A stretch of DNA of 63,849 bases, filler included, from an uncultured Methanosarcinales archaeon (GCA_964434885.1; 6 parts of 6 records of this genome joined end to end with filler, not necessarily neighbours in it); one strand, 5' to 3'; numbered from the whole stretch's first letter, positions 9,468-19,923 are shown. Made by a program: numbers and translations. Notes: generated from the letters alone by a model not told the origin.

Positions 9468-11924
9468 ATGCAAAAAAAGAGGACGATAGTTTTTCCTAGT
9501 AGTAGAGCTCAAATCACTATTTTTATCATTCTCGGAATTGTTATTTTTGCAGTAGCTTTATTCATGATTTCTCTATTCCAAGATGTTCAAAAGAAAGAAA
9601 TCGCTGGAGAAAAAGAAAAGATTTTCAGCAAATTAGCTTCTAAAGAACCTTGGAGATTGTATATTGATGATTGCTTAACAGATGAACTAGCCAAAGGTCT
9701 AGTCTTAATTGGTCAGCAAGGAGGTTTATGGAAAGGTCAACCTGGAGGAATTTTTGATTTTTCTTCTACTTCTGGTGTTTCTTATCTGAATACTCAATTG
9801 GCTTATGGTATTACTAATAAACAACATCTCCCTTCTAATCAATATCCTTGTCAGAAAGGTTTACCTGAAGAATTTTGTGAATATCAATATCCCAATAGTT
9901 CTTTCTCCCCTTCTCATGGAGTCAAATTTGGTGTTCCCAAATTAAGTCAAAGAGCAATAGAAGGGATGCTTGGAGATTATCTAAAAAATAAAACCATTAA
10001 ATGTATTTCTGATTTTGTCCAAAACAATTATTCTGTTTATGTTACGGTTAACATTGATAAGATGGATTTGACATTAGATGTTTTGGATGAAGGAATAAAA
10101 ATTGCTGCTGAAGTTCCTTTACAAGTTGGAACTAGAGAGTCTTTTACTCAAAGTTCAGAATTTGATTTATTCTATCCAACTTACTTTAAAAGATTCTTAG
10201 ATACCTCTATCTCCAGACCGTTGGGTTTTGATACTTCTTACTTAGATTTTAATTACACTTCTTCAAATTTAAAACAAAATAAATTCAAACATGGTTGTTT
10301 TAAAGAAGGCAAAATAACAGAATGTACCAAATCATTAAACCAACCAGTTGGTTTCACAGTTAAGACTGCGATTAAGAAAGACGCCTTGCCTACTGGAGAT
10401 GATATTTATCGTTTTGTTGCTAGTGGAATTTTGAAAAATCAAGATTATATTTTTCAATTCGCTAGACAAAATCGACCACCTGCTTTAGATTATGTTTCTC
10501 GTTATTCTTGTTTGAAAGAAGGTTATGATTATTTAGTTATTCCTCAAGGGAAAGACAAAGAAGACCAGTTGATTAATATTTCTTTATCTGCTATTGATCC
10601 AGACGAAGAAAATGTTACTTATGAATTCAAAAGTTCTTTAGTACCTGCTAAATTTGATGCTGCGGGAGAAGCATATGCTACTAATCGTTTTGTTGTTGAT
10701 AGTAAGTCTATTTCTCCTAATTGGTATAATATTTCTGCTGTCGCTAAAGATGATTTTGGCAAACAAGACAATCAAACAGTTAGGGTATTAATAGATCGAC
10801 CAATCAAAGTTCATATCAATGTAACTCTTCCTTATGATATTAATAATGAAATTAGTAAAGGGGTTTTTGTAATTTCTAAAGAAGACCCTTTCTTTGTTAA
10901 AGTTGATTTACCTCAGAAAAGTTTAATTGCTAAGAAACCAGAGATCGTTTTGAGTTACAAAAGTTTGTCTAACTCTCTAGATGGGTTCCAATATAAATAT
11001 GAACAACCAGGTTTACAACCTTGCTTTGCTTTCCCTGGTATCAATCAAATCTCTAATTGCTTATTAAGTAGTTATAATCTAGATAAATGGCAAGTTAAAT
11101 TGAAATCTCCTTTCTATAACATGACTAAAGCAAGAGGTAAACTCAAAGTAGATTATGGCATTACTTACTGTGATAAGAATACTCAAGAATCAGCTGCAGA
11201 AGTTACATTGAATGTGGTACAATGTATTCCTTATCAAAATAAATTACATCCTTATCCTTATATAGAAGACACTGAGTATTACAAAACAAAACTAGGAGAT
11301 AAAGATCCAACTACAGGTAAACATTCAAAATCCAAAGAAGACATTAATACTTTTTTAGCTAACCACTCTTGCTGTGAAGGCCCTCTTGATAACCCTGGAT
11401 TATGGGCTCCTAAAAAGAAAGGAACAGTTTGTTATGAACAAGAAACTGGAGAAAGTTGTTTGAGTAATAGTCCATTCTTAACTAAAATAAAACTAATTGG
11501 AAAATGTGATGGCCTTCGTGGAAATGTTTGTGGTGAACTAAAGAAAATCCCAGTTAAAACAACTGGCCCACAGAAATGTGGAGATCCTGACAAAGGTTGT
11601 GCCGTGGACAAAGCCTGCAAGGACCAAGAACCATATTCCTACTCCAAAGATGCTTGGTGCAATGAAGGTCTTGGATGTAGAAGTACTTGCACTACTGAGA
11701 TTGTCGCCACTGCTGGAATAGCCAACACCGTCAAACTACAAGGCTTCAGCCCAACCCTAGTCAAATCCAAACACCAACAATTTAAATGTGGCTGTAGTAA
11801 GAAAATTGGTGGTAAATATGTTTATATTGATCTACCTTGTTGGAATTTGGATAAAATGAGAACAGGACAATGTAAAGAAGCTAAAAAAGGATGGGGGTCA
11901 AAACCATCTTGTGTAACACCTTAA
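9468..11924 (+). CDS. Large Cys-rich surface protein with class III (pilin-like) signal peptide
   Basis: SSRA|QITIFIILG N-terminus, an NRPP...A.DPD Ig/cadherin-like segment and a Cys-rich C-terminus. Confidence 0.7.
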   Translation: MQKKRTIVFPSSRAQITIFIILGIVIFAVALFMISLFQDVQKKEIAGEKEKIFSKLASKEPWRLYIDDCLTDELAKGLVLIGQQGGLWKGQPGGIFDFSSTSGVSYLNTQLAYGITNKQHLPSNQYPCQKGLPEEFCEYQYPNSSFSPSHGVKFGVPKLSQRAIEGMLGDYLKNKTIKCISDFVQNNYSVYVTVNIDKMDLTLDVLDEGIKIAAEVPLQVGTRESFTQSSEFDLFYPTYFKRFLDTSISRPLGFDTSYLDFNYTSSNLKQNKFKHGCFKEGKITECTKSLNQPVGFTVKTAIKKDALPTGDDIYRFVASGILKNQDYIFQFARQNRPPALDYVSRYSCLKEGYDYLVIPQGKDKEDQLINISLSAIDPDEENVTYEFKSSLVPAKFDAAGEAYATNRFVVDSKSISPNWYNISAVAKDDFGKQDNQTVRVLIDRPIKVHINVTLPYDINNEISKGVFVISKEDPFFVKVDLPQKSLIAKKPEIVLSYKSLSNSLDGFQYKYEQPGLQPCFAFPGINQISNCLLSSYNLDKWQVKLKSPFYNMTKARGKLKVDYGITYCDKNTQESAAEVTLNVVQCIPYQNKLHPYPYIEDTEYYKTKLGDKDPTTGKHSKSKEDINTFLANHSCCEGPLDNPGLWAPKKKGTVCYEQETGESCLSNSPFLTKIKLIGKCDGLRGNVCGELKKIPVKTTGPQKCGDPDKGCAVDKACKDQEPYSYSKDAWCNEGLGCRSTCTTEIVATAGIANTVKLQGFSPTLVKSKHQQFKCGCSKKIGGKYVYIDLPCWNLDKMRTGQCKEAKKGWGSKPSCVTP

Positions 11925-11929
11925 TTAAA

Positions 11930-12427
11930 TTATTTTTTTGATATTTTAATATAATCTAAAAAACCCTGGTGTGAATTATTATCTGTCCCTTGAAAGTTGA
12001 CATGAACTTTTAATGAATTATTTGCAAGTGCGCATTTATTTATGCTACCTTTCTTAATTCCATCAACATAAAAATCAACCTGATTTTTTGTAGCTTCAAA
12101 TTTATATATTTGAAATTTGGTAATTTCATTGCCAATAATACCCGAATCTTGGCAACTGCTGTCACCTAAACCATAAGTAAATGTACTATTATCTCCATCG
12201 TGTATAAAACCAATTCCGCTTTGCGCATTTGATAATTTCAAAAATAGATCAATTCCTTTTCTACTACCTAATTTGGCTCTGGCCTCGAAAACATAAGTAT
12301 TATCTCCGATGATATATGTTTGATTACTTTCAAAAATAGCTGCATTATTCGTAGTAACTTCCAAAACACCATTATTCAAAACAACTTTATCATCAGAAGC
12401 AGTTACATTCCACTTACTAGTATCAAT
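11930..12427 (-). CDS. ConA/LamG (GH16-like) beta-sandwich protein, 5'-truncated
   Basis: Frame is open to the contig end; IDTSKW, FEARAKL, VDFYVDG motifs. Confidence 0.55.
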   Translation of the reverse strand: MDTSKWNVTASDDKVVLNNGVLEVTTNNAAIFESNQTYIIGDNTYVFEARAKLGSRKGIDLFLKLSNAQSGIGFIHDGDNSTFTYGLGDSSCQDSGIIGNEITKFQIYKFEATKNQVDFYVDGIKKGSINKCALANNSLKVHVNFQGTDNNSHQGFLDYIKISKK

Positions 12428-12429
12428 AC

Positions 12430-12529
12430 NNNNNNNNNNNNNNNNNNNNNNNNNNNNNNNNNNNNNNNNNNNNTTAATTAATTAANNNNNNNNNNNNNNN
12501 NNNNNNNNNNNNNNNNNNNNNNNNNNNNN
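12430..12529. other. Artificial contig linker
   Basis: N44-TTAATTAATTAA-N44 (stop codons in all frames). Confidence 0.97.
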
Positions 12530-12666
12530 TCTGTATTATAAACCTCCTAAAGAAGTATGGGATGATCTAATTGTGCCTTAGTTTCGGGATGTGCCCCAGT
12601 TTCGGGATAATAGACCTATTCTTAACAAACAAAAACCTTATAAAGCAAATAATTTTTCAAAAAAAG

Positions 12667-13011
12667 ATGGAAAAACGGGAAGTCTTAGGTTTAGTGGAAG
12701 AAGTTGTTATTTTTGGAAATAATCATTTTAAAAAGAAAGTTTTAGCAAGAATAGATACTGGTGCTACTAATAGTTCTGTTGATATGGGAATAGCTGGAGA
12801 ATTACAACTAGGTCCAATTAAAAGAACTAAGTTGGTTAAATCTGCTAGTGGAAAAGGTAGAAGAGCAATTGTTCCAGTAAAAATAAAATTAGATGGTAAG
12901 ATTATGGACGATGATTTTACAATTGCAGAAAGAGGCCACATGACTTATCCTGTTTTAATTGGACAAAATATTTTGAAAAAAGGCAATTTTTTGATTGATC
13001 CGAATAAATGA
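12667..13011 (+). CDS. RimK-associated putative protease (retropepsin-like)
   Basis: ARIDTGA..SS, R..M.YPVLIG; overlaps the rimK-like gene (ATGA-type overlap). Confidence 0.85.
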   Translation: MEKREVLGLVEEVVIFGNNHFKKKVLARIDTGATNSSVDMGIAGELQLGPIKRTKLVKSASGKGRRAIVPVKIKLDGKIMDDDFTIAERGHMTYPVLIGQNILKKGNFLIDPNK

Positions 13012-14117
13012 TAGAAGAAGGGCCAAAGTTGAGGGGAGGAATAATTTCTTTAGGTAGTAAGAGCTCTTTGATGGTTATTGAAGCCATGAAAAAATATTTC
13101 TATCAAGTTGATGATATTCAAGTTAAAGATATTGAAGTTAGTTTAGGTAAAGAAGGGGGAGTTTTTTACCAGGGAGAACCTTTACCAAAATATGATTGTT
13201 TATTACTAAAAGGTTCTTTTCGTTATGCACATTTGTTAAGATCTGTGGCAAGTTTATTGGAAGATAAAACACCATATATGCCTTTAGCTTCTTCTGCTTT
13301 TACAATAGTCCATAATAAACTATTGACTCATTTGACATTACAACAACATAATATTGCCATGCCGAAAACTTACGTCTCTTCTACTATTGATGCAGCTAAA
13401 GATGTGTTGAAAAAAGTTAATTATCCAATTGTGATGAAGTTTCCAGAAGGAACACAAGGTAAAGGAGTGATGTTTGCTGATTCATTAAGTTCTGCTTCTT
13501 CAATGTTAGATGCTTTAGTTGCCTTAAGACAGCCCTTTATTATTCAGGAATTTATTGAAACTGGGGGCAAAGATATCCGGGCATTAGTAGTAGGAGATAA
13601 AGTAGTTTCTTCAATGGTTAGAACTGCTCAAAAAGATGAAAATCGTGCTAATATTCATGCCGGTGGTTCAGGAGAATATATTGAGTTAGATAGAAATGCT
13701 AGAAAATTAGCAATTAATACTGCCAAAGCATTAGGAACAGATATTTGTGGAGTTGATATTTTAGAAAGTCATATTGGTCCAATGGTTTTGGAAGCCAATA
13801 TTTCTCCAGGATTGCAAGGGTTAAGTAAAGTTTCTAGAGTAGATGTTGCTGATGAGATTGCTAAGTATTTGTATAAAAGAACTGCTGAAGTAGTAGGGGT
13901 ACATCAAGAAGTAAAGAAAAAAGAAACAATGAAAGATATTTTGGGAGAAACTAGTATTACTGGTTGTGAAGAAATTATTACTTCTTTAAGTTTTAGAGGA
14001 GAAAGAATTCTTTTACCTGAATTAGTTACTAAAATGACTAAGTTTGATGATGATAAAGAGTATATCATCAAAGCATGTAAAGGGAAGTTAGAAGTTTTAG
14101 AGTTTAAGATTGGATAA
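13008..14117 (+). CDS. RimK/LysX-family ATP-grasp ligase
   Basis: GTQGKGV, IIQEFI, DIRALVVG, RANIHAGG, GVDIL, LEAN.SPG. Confidence 0.9.
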   Translation: MIEEGPKLRGGIISLGSKSSLMVIEAMKKYFYQVDDIQVKDIEVSLGKEGGVFYQGEPLPKYDCLLLKGSFRYAHLLRSVASLLEDKTPYMPLASSAFTIVHNKLLTHLTLQQHNIAMPKTYVSSTIDAAKDVLKKVNYPIVMKFPEGTQGKGVMFADSLSSASSMLDALVALRQPFIIQEFIETGGKDIRALVVGDKVVSSMVRTAQKDENRANIHAGGSGEYIELDRNARKLAINTAKALGTDICGVDILESHIGPMVLEANISPGLQGLSKVSRVDVADEIAKYLYKRTAEVVGVHQEVKKKETMKDILGETSITGCEEIITSLSFRGERILLPELVTKMTKFDDDKEYIIKACKGKLEVLEFKIG

Positions 14118-14159
14118 TTTTTGGAAAATCTTATAATAAATTGCTATTTTTTTAATTAA

Positions 14160-14510
14160 ATGAGTATTATTTCACAGGATTTGGAAGTAGAACTAAAACA
14201 AGTATATTCAAGAATGTCTAAATTAGATGATTTTCCAAAAAGTTATTGTTCGGAAGTTAGCAGAGAATTAGAAGAATTAGGTTTGGAACCTCAATGGGGT
14301 TGGTTTGTTTTGGATTTTCCTATGCCTGACTGGCCATATGATTTTGAAAGCCATACTTGGTCAAAAACTGAAGAAGGAATTTATATTGATTTAACTGCCC
14401 ACCAATTCAATTCAGGTCTTGAAAAACCCCTTTCTCCTGGGGTGTTAATTGTTGCTCCTGATTCAGCACTTAGAAAGAGATATGATACTTCTGTGAGATT
14501 TTCTCATTGA
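14160..14510 (+). CDS. Hypothetical protein (possible Cys-His-Asp transglutaminase-like)
   Basis: YC..VS, H.W, IDLTAHQF pattern. Confidence 0.45.
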   Translation: MSIISQDLEVELKQVYSRMSKLDDFPKSYCSEVSRELEELGLEPQWGWFVLDFPMPDWPYDFESHTWSKTEEGIYIDLTAHQFNSGLEKPLSPGVLIVAPDSALRKRYDTSVRFSH

Positions 14511-14542
14511 AACAACTTCATTTAAAATAAAAGAATAAAAAA

Positions 14543-14821
14543 TTATTTTTTCTTTTTCTTAGTTGTTTTCTTTTTAGTTACTTTGGTTTGAACTTTTCTT
14601 TTTGCTGCTGCTTTTGGTTGGAAGAATAACAAATACACAATTGGTAATATTCCTGCAGTGTTGAAAATCAAGATAACCACAAACCAAGCTAATTGATTGT
14701 TTCGGCCACATTTCCATAAAGCAATTCCTTTCCAGACTAAACTCCAAAGAGAAATTATTATTATGAAACCAATAAAACCACTAGTTAAAGCAGCACTTCC
14801 CATCATTAATTCTGCAAACAT
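14543..14821 (-). CDS. DUF5652-like small membrane protein
   Basis: WSLVWKGIALWK...WFV....NTAGILPI.Y; RBS GAGGTG upstream. Confidence 0.75.
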   Translation of the reverse strand: MFAELMMGSAALTSGFIGFIIIISLWSLVWKGIALWKCGRNNQLAWFVVILIFNTAGILPIVYLLFFQPKAAAKRKVQTKVTKKKTTKKKKK

Positions 14822-14913
14822 TTTTTCACCTCTTTATTTTTATTTTGTTTTAGTTTTTAATATTTTTGTTTTAAAAACATTTATTAACAATAAAATATTC
14901 TTTTTTTAAAAAG

Positions 14914-17085
14914 ATGGTTGATTGGAAAAAGTTTTGGAAGTATATGATTACTGATCCGAAGAAAGTTAAGAAGCAAGAAGCAGTTGTTAGTAAACCACTT
15001 TCTTCAACTATTGATTCTAAACCAAGTTTTTTTTCAAAATTATTTTCTAGTAAACCTAAAGAAGTCCACTCAACTAATTTGGCAAAAACAGATTCAAAAC
15101 CTGTTTCTTTAATCCAAACTACTACGGAACATACTGGTAAACACAAATTAAGTTATTTTGTAGTTGTATTTGTATTAATAAACTCTATTTTAGGAAGTAG
15201 TTTATTTTATTTGCCAAGTTTAGGAATGAAGAGTTCAGGACCGGCAGCGATTTTAGCATGGATTTTTTTATTCATTGTAGCAACATTTACAATGCTTTAT
15301 GTAGGGGAATTGATTTCATTACATCCTACTTCAGGAGGAACCTATGAATTTTGTAAAAGAGCATATGGTAGATTTGTGTCTTTTATTGCTGGGTGGTTGA
15401 TTTGGTTAGCAGGAAATTTAGGAATGGCTTTAGCAGTAGTAGCGGCAGCTGAATATTTTATTCCAAGTACGGTTGCTAACTTTTTTGTTTTAAGAATTGT
15501 TTTTAGTATATTGTGGATTTTAGTGCTGAATTATATTGCTTTTAGAGGAATTGATGCAGGGGCAACTATGTTGGTGGTTTTTGGAATACTTTCAATTTTA
15601 GTGGTTTTGGCAATAGTGATCCCTTCTTTTATTCATATTCCAAGTTTAGCTTCAGGAGACTTAGTGAGTAAGTTTGATACAAGTATAATTGGTAAATTTT
15701 TTACACAAGATGGTTTTGGAATATTCATGTATTTGGGATTAAGTTTATTTTTGATTTGCGAAGCTTTTTTTGGATTTGAAGCATTAAGTTATATGGCTAA
15801 TGAAATTGAAGATAAAAAGAAGATTACTAAAGCGTTAACCACAGCAATGATCATTTGTGGGGTAGTTATCACAATTTTTTTAGTTAGTTCTTATGGAACT
15901 GTTAGTTACAAAGATTATGTTCAAGATGCTAGGCCGTGGGCAGTACAGGCGTTGAATAATTTAGGACAAACTGGCCAGACAATTGTGGTTTTTGGAATGT
16001 ATTTAGTGATTATTGGGGCAGCAGCAGCTTGGCCAATTACAGGTTCTAGGTTGATTAGGGCATTAGCTAAAGATGGGTTGTTTTTAAAGAAATTTTCAAA
16101 ACTTCATCCAGTTCATAATTCTCCTTACCGGGCAGTTTTTTTCCAGACGATTGTAGTTGGTTTATTTACTTGGTTGATTTTTAGGGGATATACTAAAGGT
16201 TGGGGAGACCCTTACCGGACAATGTATTTGATTTTTGTTTTGTTTAGTTTAATAGTATTAGCTTTGGTTTTATTTGCAGTACCAGTATTAAGAAAGAAAG
16301 AAGCAAATTTAGAAAGAATTTACAAAGCCCCTTTACCTTGGCTAGGTCCGATTTTAATTGTGGGGTTGTTTGTTTTTTTGATTGGTAATTGGATTTGGTT
16401 AGAGTATCTAACTGCTCTTTCTATCTTAAAATTAGCAGGCTCTTTAGTTTTATTGGGATTGCCATTGTATTTCTTAATAGAGATGTATTATGATCCGAAG
16501 GCAATAAGTGGAACCAACAAATATCTTAGTTATTTGGTGTTGGCAACAGAAAAATATTTTTTCCCATTTAGTTTAAAGAAAAAATTACTTGATAGTTTAG
16601 GTGGGTTGAAAGGAAAAACAATTTTGGAATATGGTTGTGGAGTAGGAACTTTAACTAGAAAATTAGCAGCTCGAGTAGGGGAGAAAGGAAGAATATTTTC
16701 TACTGGATTAAGTTTTCATAACGTTAAGATTGTGTATAAAAGAATAAAACAATATGGACATGCTTCAGTACACCACCACCCTTATGTTAAGTCTTTTAAA
16801 TTGAAATTACCTCGTCAAGTTGATATAGTTTTGTCTGTAGGGATGCTTTCGAATATGCAAAATCCTCAACAAGTTCTTAAACATCTTTCGGCTAAAGTGA
16901 AGAAAGGAGGAAGAATTGTATTTTTAGATTATGATAAATTCTTTTATTTAATACCTAATGTACCTTGGATTGAAAACGAAGAGATGTTAAAGAAAACATT
17001 TGAGCAGGCAGGATTTCATGTGATTATCAAGAAAGTTAGGGGTTTGTTGTGGACATATGTTTTGATTACTGGGATTAAGAAGTAA
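14914..17085 (+). CDS. APC-family amino-acid permease fused to a C-terminal class I methyltransferase domain
   Basis: INSILGS (TM1), P.SGG.Y, FFGFE (TM6), about 12 TMs; C-terminal ILEYGCGVG SAM-binding motif. Confidence 0.85.
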   Translation: MVDWKKFWKYMITDPKKVKKQEAVVSKPLSSTIDSKPSFFSKLFSSKPKEVHSTNLAKTDSKPVSLIQTTTEHTGKHKLSYFVVVFVLINSILGSSLFYLPSLGMKSSGPAAILAWIFLFIVATFTMLYVGELISLHPTSGGTYEFCKRAYGRFVSFIAGWLIWLAGNLGMALAVVAAAEYFIPSTVANFFVLRIVFSILWILVLNYIAFRGIDAGATMLVVFGILSILVVLAIVIPSFIHIPSLASGDLVSKFDTSIIGKFFTQDGFGIFMYLGLSLFLICEAFFGFEALSYMANEIEDKKKITKALTTAMIICGVVITIFLVSSYGTVSYKDYVQDARPWAVQALNNLGQTGQTIVVFGMYLVIIGAAAAWPITGSRLIRALAKDGLFLKKFSKLHPVHNSPYRAVFFQTIVVGLFTWLIFRGYTKGWGDPYRTMYLIFVLFSLIVLALVLFAVPVLRKKEANLERIYKAPLPWLGPILIVGLFVFLIGNWIWLEYLTALSILKLAGSLVLLGLPLYFLIEMYYDPKAISGTNKYLSYLVLATEKYFFPFSLKKKLLDSLGGLKGKTILEYGCGVGTLTRKLAARVGEKGRIFSTGLSFHNVKIVYKRIKQYGHASVHHHPYVKSFKLKLPRQVDIVLSVGMLSNMQNPQQVLKHLSAKVKKGGRIVFLDYDKFFYLIPNVPWIENEEMLKKTFEQAGFHVIIKKVRGLLWTYVLITGIKK

Positions 17086-18111
17086 TTATTTTAATTTAAA
17101 CATTTCTTTCCATTCAACAAAGTTTTTTAGTATTGCGGGTATGATGCCAGTCCAAGTAAAATTTTTGTAAGTTAGAATTCCTTTATGTTTTCCTAAACTG
17201 ATTAACATCATTCTTGGTTTGGAAGTATAGTTGGTTAAGGGTTTGTTTTTTTCGAGGTTGATAATATTTTGATAAACTATTTCTGCTTGTTTCTCAGCGT
17301 TTTGAGCAGTTTTCTCTTCTTTAATTGCAGTAACATCGCCGGCAACAAAAATATTTTTATTGAGTTGTAGATTTGAATTGGTAATAATAAATTTTCTTGA
17401 ATCTAGATATTTTGGAAAGTTTTTTGTTAAGAATTCTGAATTAGGAGTTATTCCAGTACAAAAGAAAGCCAAATCTGCATTTATTTTTGTTTGTTTATCA
17501 GTAAAAAAAGTGTTCTGTTTATTATTTATTACTTTTTCTCCAAAAATGATTTCTATTTTTTTCTTATTTAGATATTCGTGAGTGTAGTTAATTGCTTTTT
17601 GGTTACATCTTGGAATGCAGGTTTTTTGAGACTGGACTATGATTATTTCTTTATCCGAATGTTTTTCTTTTATTTCAGCAGCCAATTCTATCCCTACTAA
17701 ACCTCCACCAATAATTAATATTTTTTTGGAAGAAGAAACTTTTTCTGAATATTTTTTTAATGTTTCTCCTCGATAAGCTAGAACTACGTTTTCTTGTTTA
17801 ATTAATGAGTTATAACGAGAACCAGAACAAATTACTAAATAATCAAAACTTATTTTTTGTTTACTCATAATAACTTCTTTTTTAGTTACAGTTTTTACTT
17901 TATCTTTGAGAATTGTTGTTTTTTTGAGATAATTTTGATGTAATGATTGAATTTTGTTTAGATGGTTTGGTTCAACAATAGTTCTTAAGATAGAAGGAGT
18001 AAATTCAAAATAATCCTTAGTATCAATTAAAGTAACTTGAAATTTTTTTTCTAATTTTCTAGCTAACCAAGACCCAGAAAATCCTCCACCAATAATTATA
18101 ATTTTTTTCAT
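17086..18111 (-). CDS. FAD/NAD(P)-dependent oxidoreductase (NDH-2/AIFM2-like)
   Basis: Two GxGxxG motifs (IIGGGFSG, IIGGGLVG), IFVAGD. Confidence 0.85.
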   Translation of the reverse strand: MKKIIIIGGGFSGSWLARKLEKKFQVTLIDTKDYFEFTPSILRTIVEPNHLNKIQSLHQNYLKKTTILKDKVKTVTKKEVIMSKQKISFDYLVICSGSRYNSLIKQENVVLAYRGETLKKYSEKVSSSKKILIIGGGLVGIELAAEIKEKHSDKEIIIVQSQKTCIPRCNQKAINYTHEYLNKKKIEIIFGEKVINNKQNTFFTDKQTKINADLAFFCTGITPNSEFLTKNFPKYLDSRKFIITNSNLQLNKNIFVAGDVTAIKEEKTAQNAEKQAEIVYQNIINLEKNKPLTNYTSKPRMMLISLGKHKGILTYKNFTWTGIIPAILKNFVEWKEMFKLK

Positions 18112-18143
18112 TATGTAAAGAAAAACAAAAAGAAAATAAAAAG

Positions 18144-18539
18144 TTATTGTTTTACAGCCATGTTACCTGGACCTGTTAGGTATAAACTGATATAGCCGGC
18201 TACTGCTGTTAAATGGAATAACAGAATTATGTAGGCCATCGGATTAGTACCAAACGAAGGTATTGTAACTAAAATTGTGGCAACAGCAATAATCGCTATT
18301 GGTGGCCAGACAGTGTATCTAAGTTTCCATCCGAGGATTAAGGCAGCTCCAAATCCAATTTCAGATAAGATTACTACCCATCCAAAAAAAGTAGATGCAG
18401 GAAAACCTAGATTTCCTAACATTCCAATTATTCCCGAAGGATTGGCAATTTTAGCTAATCCTGGAATTAACATTAACAAACCTAAAGCTATTCTTAAGAC
18501 AGTAGGTCCATATTTTTCACATTTACATTTTGATTTCAT
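18144..18539 (-). CDS. DoxX-family membrane protein
   Basis: LRIALG, GLAK, E...G..LILG, GPG end motif. Confidence 0.8.
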   Translation of the reverse strand: MKSKCKCEKYGPTVLRIALGLLMLIPGLAKIANPSGIIGMLGNLGFPASTFFGWVVILSEIGFGAALILGWKLRYTVWPPIAIIAVATILVTIPSFGTNPMAYIILLFHLTAVAGYISLYLTGPGNMAVKQ

Positions 18540-18551
18540 TTTTTTAACCTC

Positions 18552-19364
18552 CTATTTATGTAGGTGTACATCCATTTGCGGGTAAGGGATGCTTATTTTT
18601 TCTTTATCAAATTCTAATTTTACTTGTTCAGTTAAATCAAAGTGAACATCCCAGTAATCTTTGCCTTCAGCCCATGCTCGAACAGTGAAGTTAACTGTAC
18701 TGTCTCCTAGTTCTGCTACTCGAACAAACGGAGCTGGATCTTTCAATATTTTATTGTGTTTATTTACTATTTTATTTAGAATTTGTTGTGCTTTTTTCAA
18801 ATCATCATCATAACCAATGCCAAAAGTTAAATCAACTCTTCTGGTTTTTTCTGTAGAAAGATTATTGATAATTCCATTACTTAAAATTCCATTGGGAACA
18901 ATTACTGTTTGGTTGTCGGGAGTTTTGATGATGGTGTTAAAAATTTCTATTTGAGAAACTTTTCCTTTTTGGCCTTGCGCTTCAATTACATCTCCGACCT
19001 TAAATGGCTTGAACAAAAGGATTAAAACTCCACCTGCAAAATTACCTAAACTACCTTGTAAAGCCATTCCAATAGCAAAACCGGCTGCTGCTAATACTGC
19101 AACAAAACTAGTAGTTTCTACTCCGACCATGGAAATTACAGTTACTACTAAGATTACTTTCAGGAAGATACTAATCAGACTGACTAAAAAGTGTTTTAGT
19201 GATTCCTCCATATTCTTTTTATCCATTGCTTTTCTAGTTAATTTTCCCATATATTTGATTAACCGCAGACCTACTAACAATACAATTACTGCTAACAAAA
19301 CTTTTGGTGCATAGAAAACTGCAGCATCAATTGCTTTATTTATATAAATATTATAATCAACCAT
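18552..19364 (-). CDS. mscS: Small-conductance mechanosensitive channel
   Basis: GFAIGMALQGSLGNFAGG, KPFKVGD, IPYPQMDV; start at ATG 19364 after RBS GGGTGA. Confidence 0.92.
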   Translation of the reverse strand: MVDYNIYINKAIDAAVFYAPKVLLAVIVLLVGLRLIKYMGKLTRKAMDKKNMEESLKHFLVSLISIFLKVILVVTVISMVGVETTSFVAVLAAAGFAIGMALQGSLGNFAGGVLILLFKPFKVGDVIEAQGQKGKVSQIEIFNTIIKTPDNQTVIVPNGILSNGIINNLSTEKTRRVDLTFGIGYDDDLKKAQQILNKIVNKHNKILKDPAPFVRVAELGDSTVNFTVRAWAEGKDYWDVHFDLTEQVKLEFDKEKISIPYPQMDVHLHK

Positions 19365-19374
19365 TTCAATCACC

Positions 19375-19815
19375 CTAATAGATGCCTTTTTCGTTTTTAA
19401 AGAATTCAATTACTCCTTCTTTTCCTTCACTAGGACATTTCATCTTTTCAAATTTTCCATCTTGCTTATGTACCATTACACAAACTTTGTTTTCTTTTGC
19501 TTTTTGATAAGCATAAGCTTTGGCTTTTCTTTTGTTGTCAAAAAATTCTTCTTTCATTCTATTTTTGGCATCAATAACTATCCAACCTTCTTCATCTGGT
19601 ACGACGTGTTGATTGGTGTGTTCCAAATTACACTCTCTGTTTTCAAATTTTCCTTGGTCGTCATGTATTACCATACAGGCTTGATGTTTTGTGGCTATAT
19701 GGTGGGCATAATCTAATGCTTCTCCACGGTTTGAGAATACGCGAGAAGCCTTTTTTTTACCTGCGGTTTTTACGGCCCAACCATTTTCTCTGGGCACAAC
19801 ATGTTTGTCTTTCAT
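19375..19815 (-). CDS. Tandem DUF2188-domain protein
   Basis: Two repeats of HVVP...GW.V...A...A......H..DG.F. Confidence 0.8.
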   Translation of the reverse strand: MKDKHVVPRENGWAVKTAGKKKASRVFSNRGEALDYAHHIATKHQACMVIHDDQGKFENRECNLEHTNQHVVPDEEGWIVIDAKNRMKEEFFDNKRKAKAYAYQKAKENKVCVMVHKQDGKFEKMKCPSEGKEGVIEFFKNEKGIY

Positions 19816-19923
19816 TTTTGTTACCTCCGTTTTTTTTTACAAAAACTTAGAATTTTATAGTTATGGAGGTAATAATAATTATAATAATATTGTTTAATGA
19901 TTAAATAACTTGTTTAATCAGAA

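Noticed and set aside
12580..12608. Direct repeat AGTTTCGGGAT x2
   Set aside because: Only two 11-nt copies 7 nt apart; too short for CRISPR and no supporting context.
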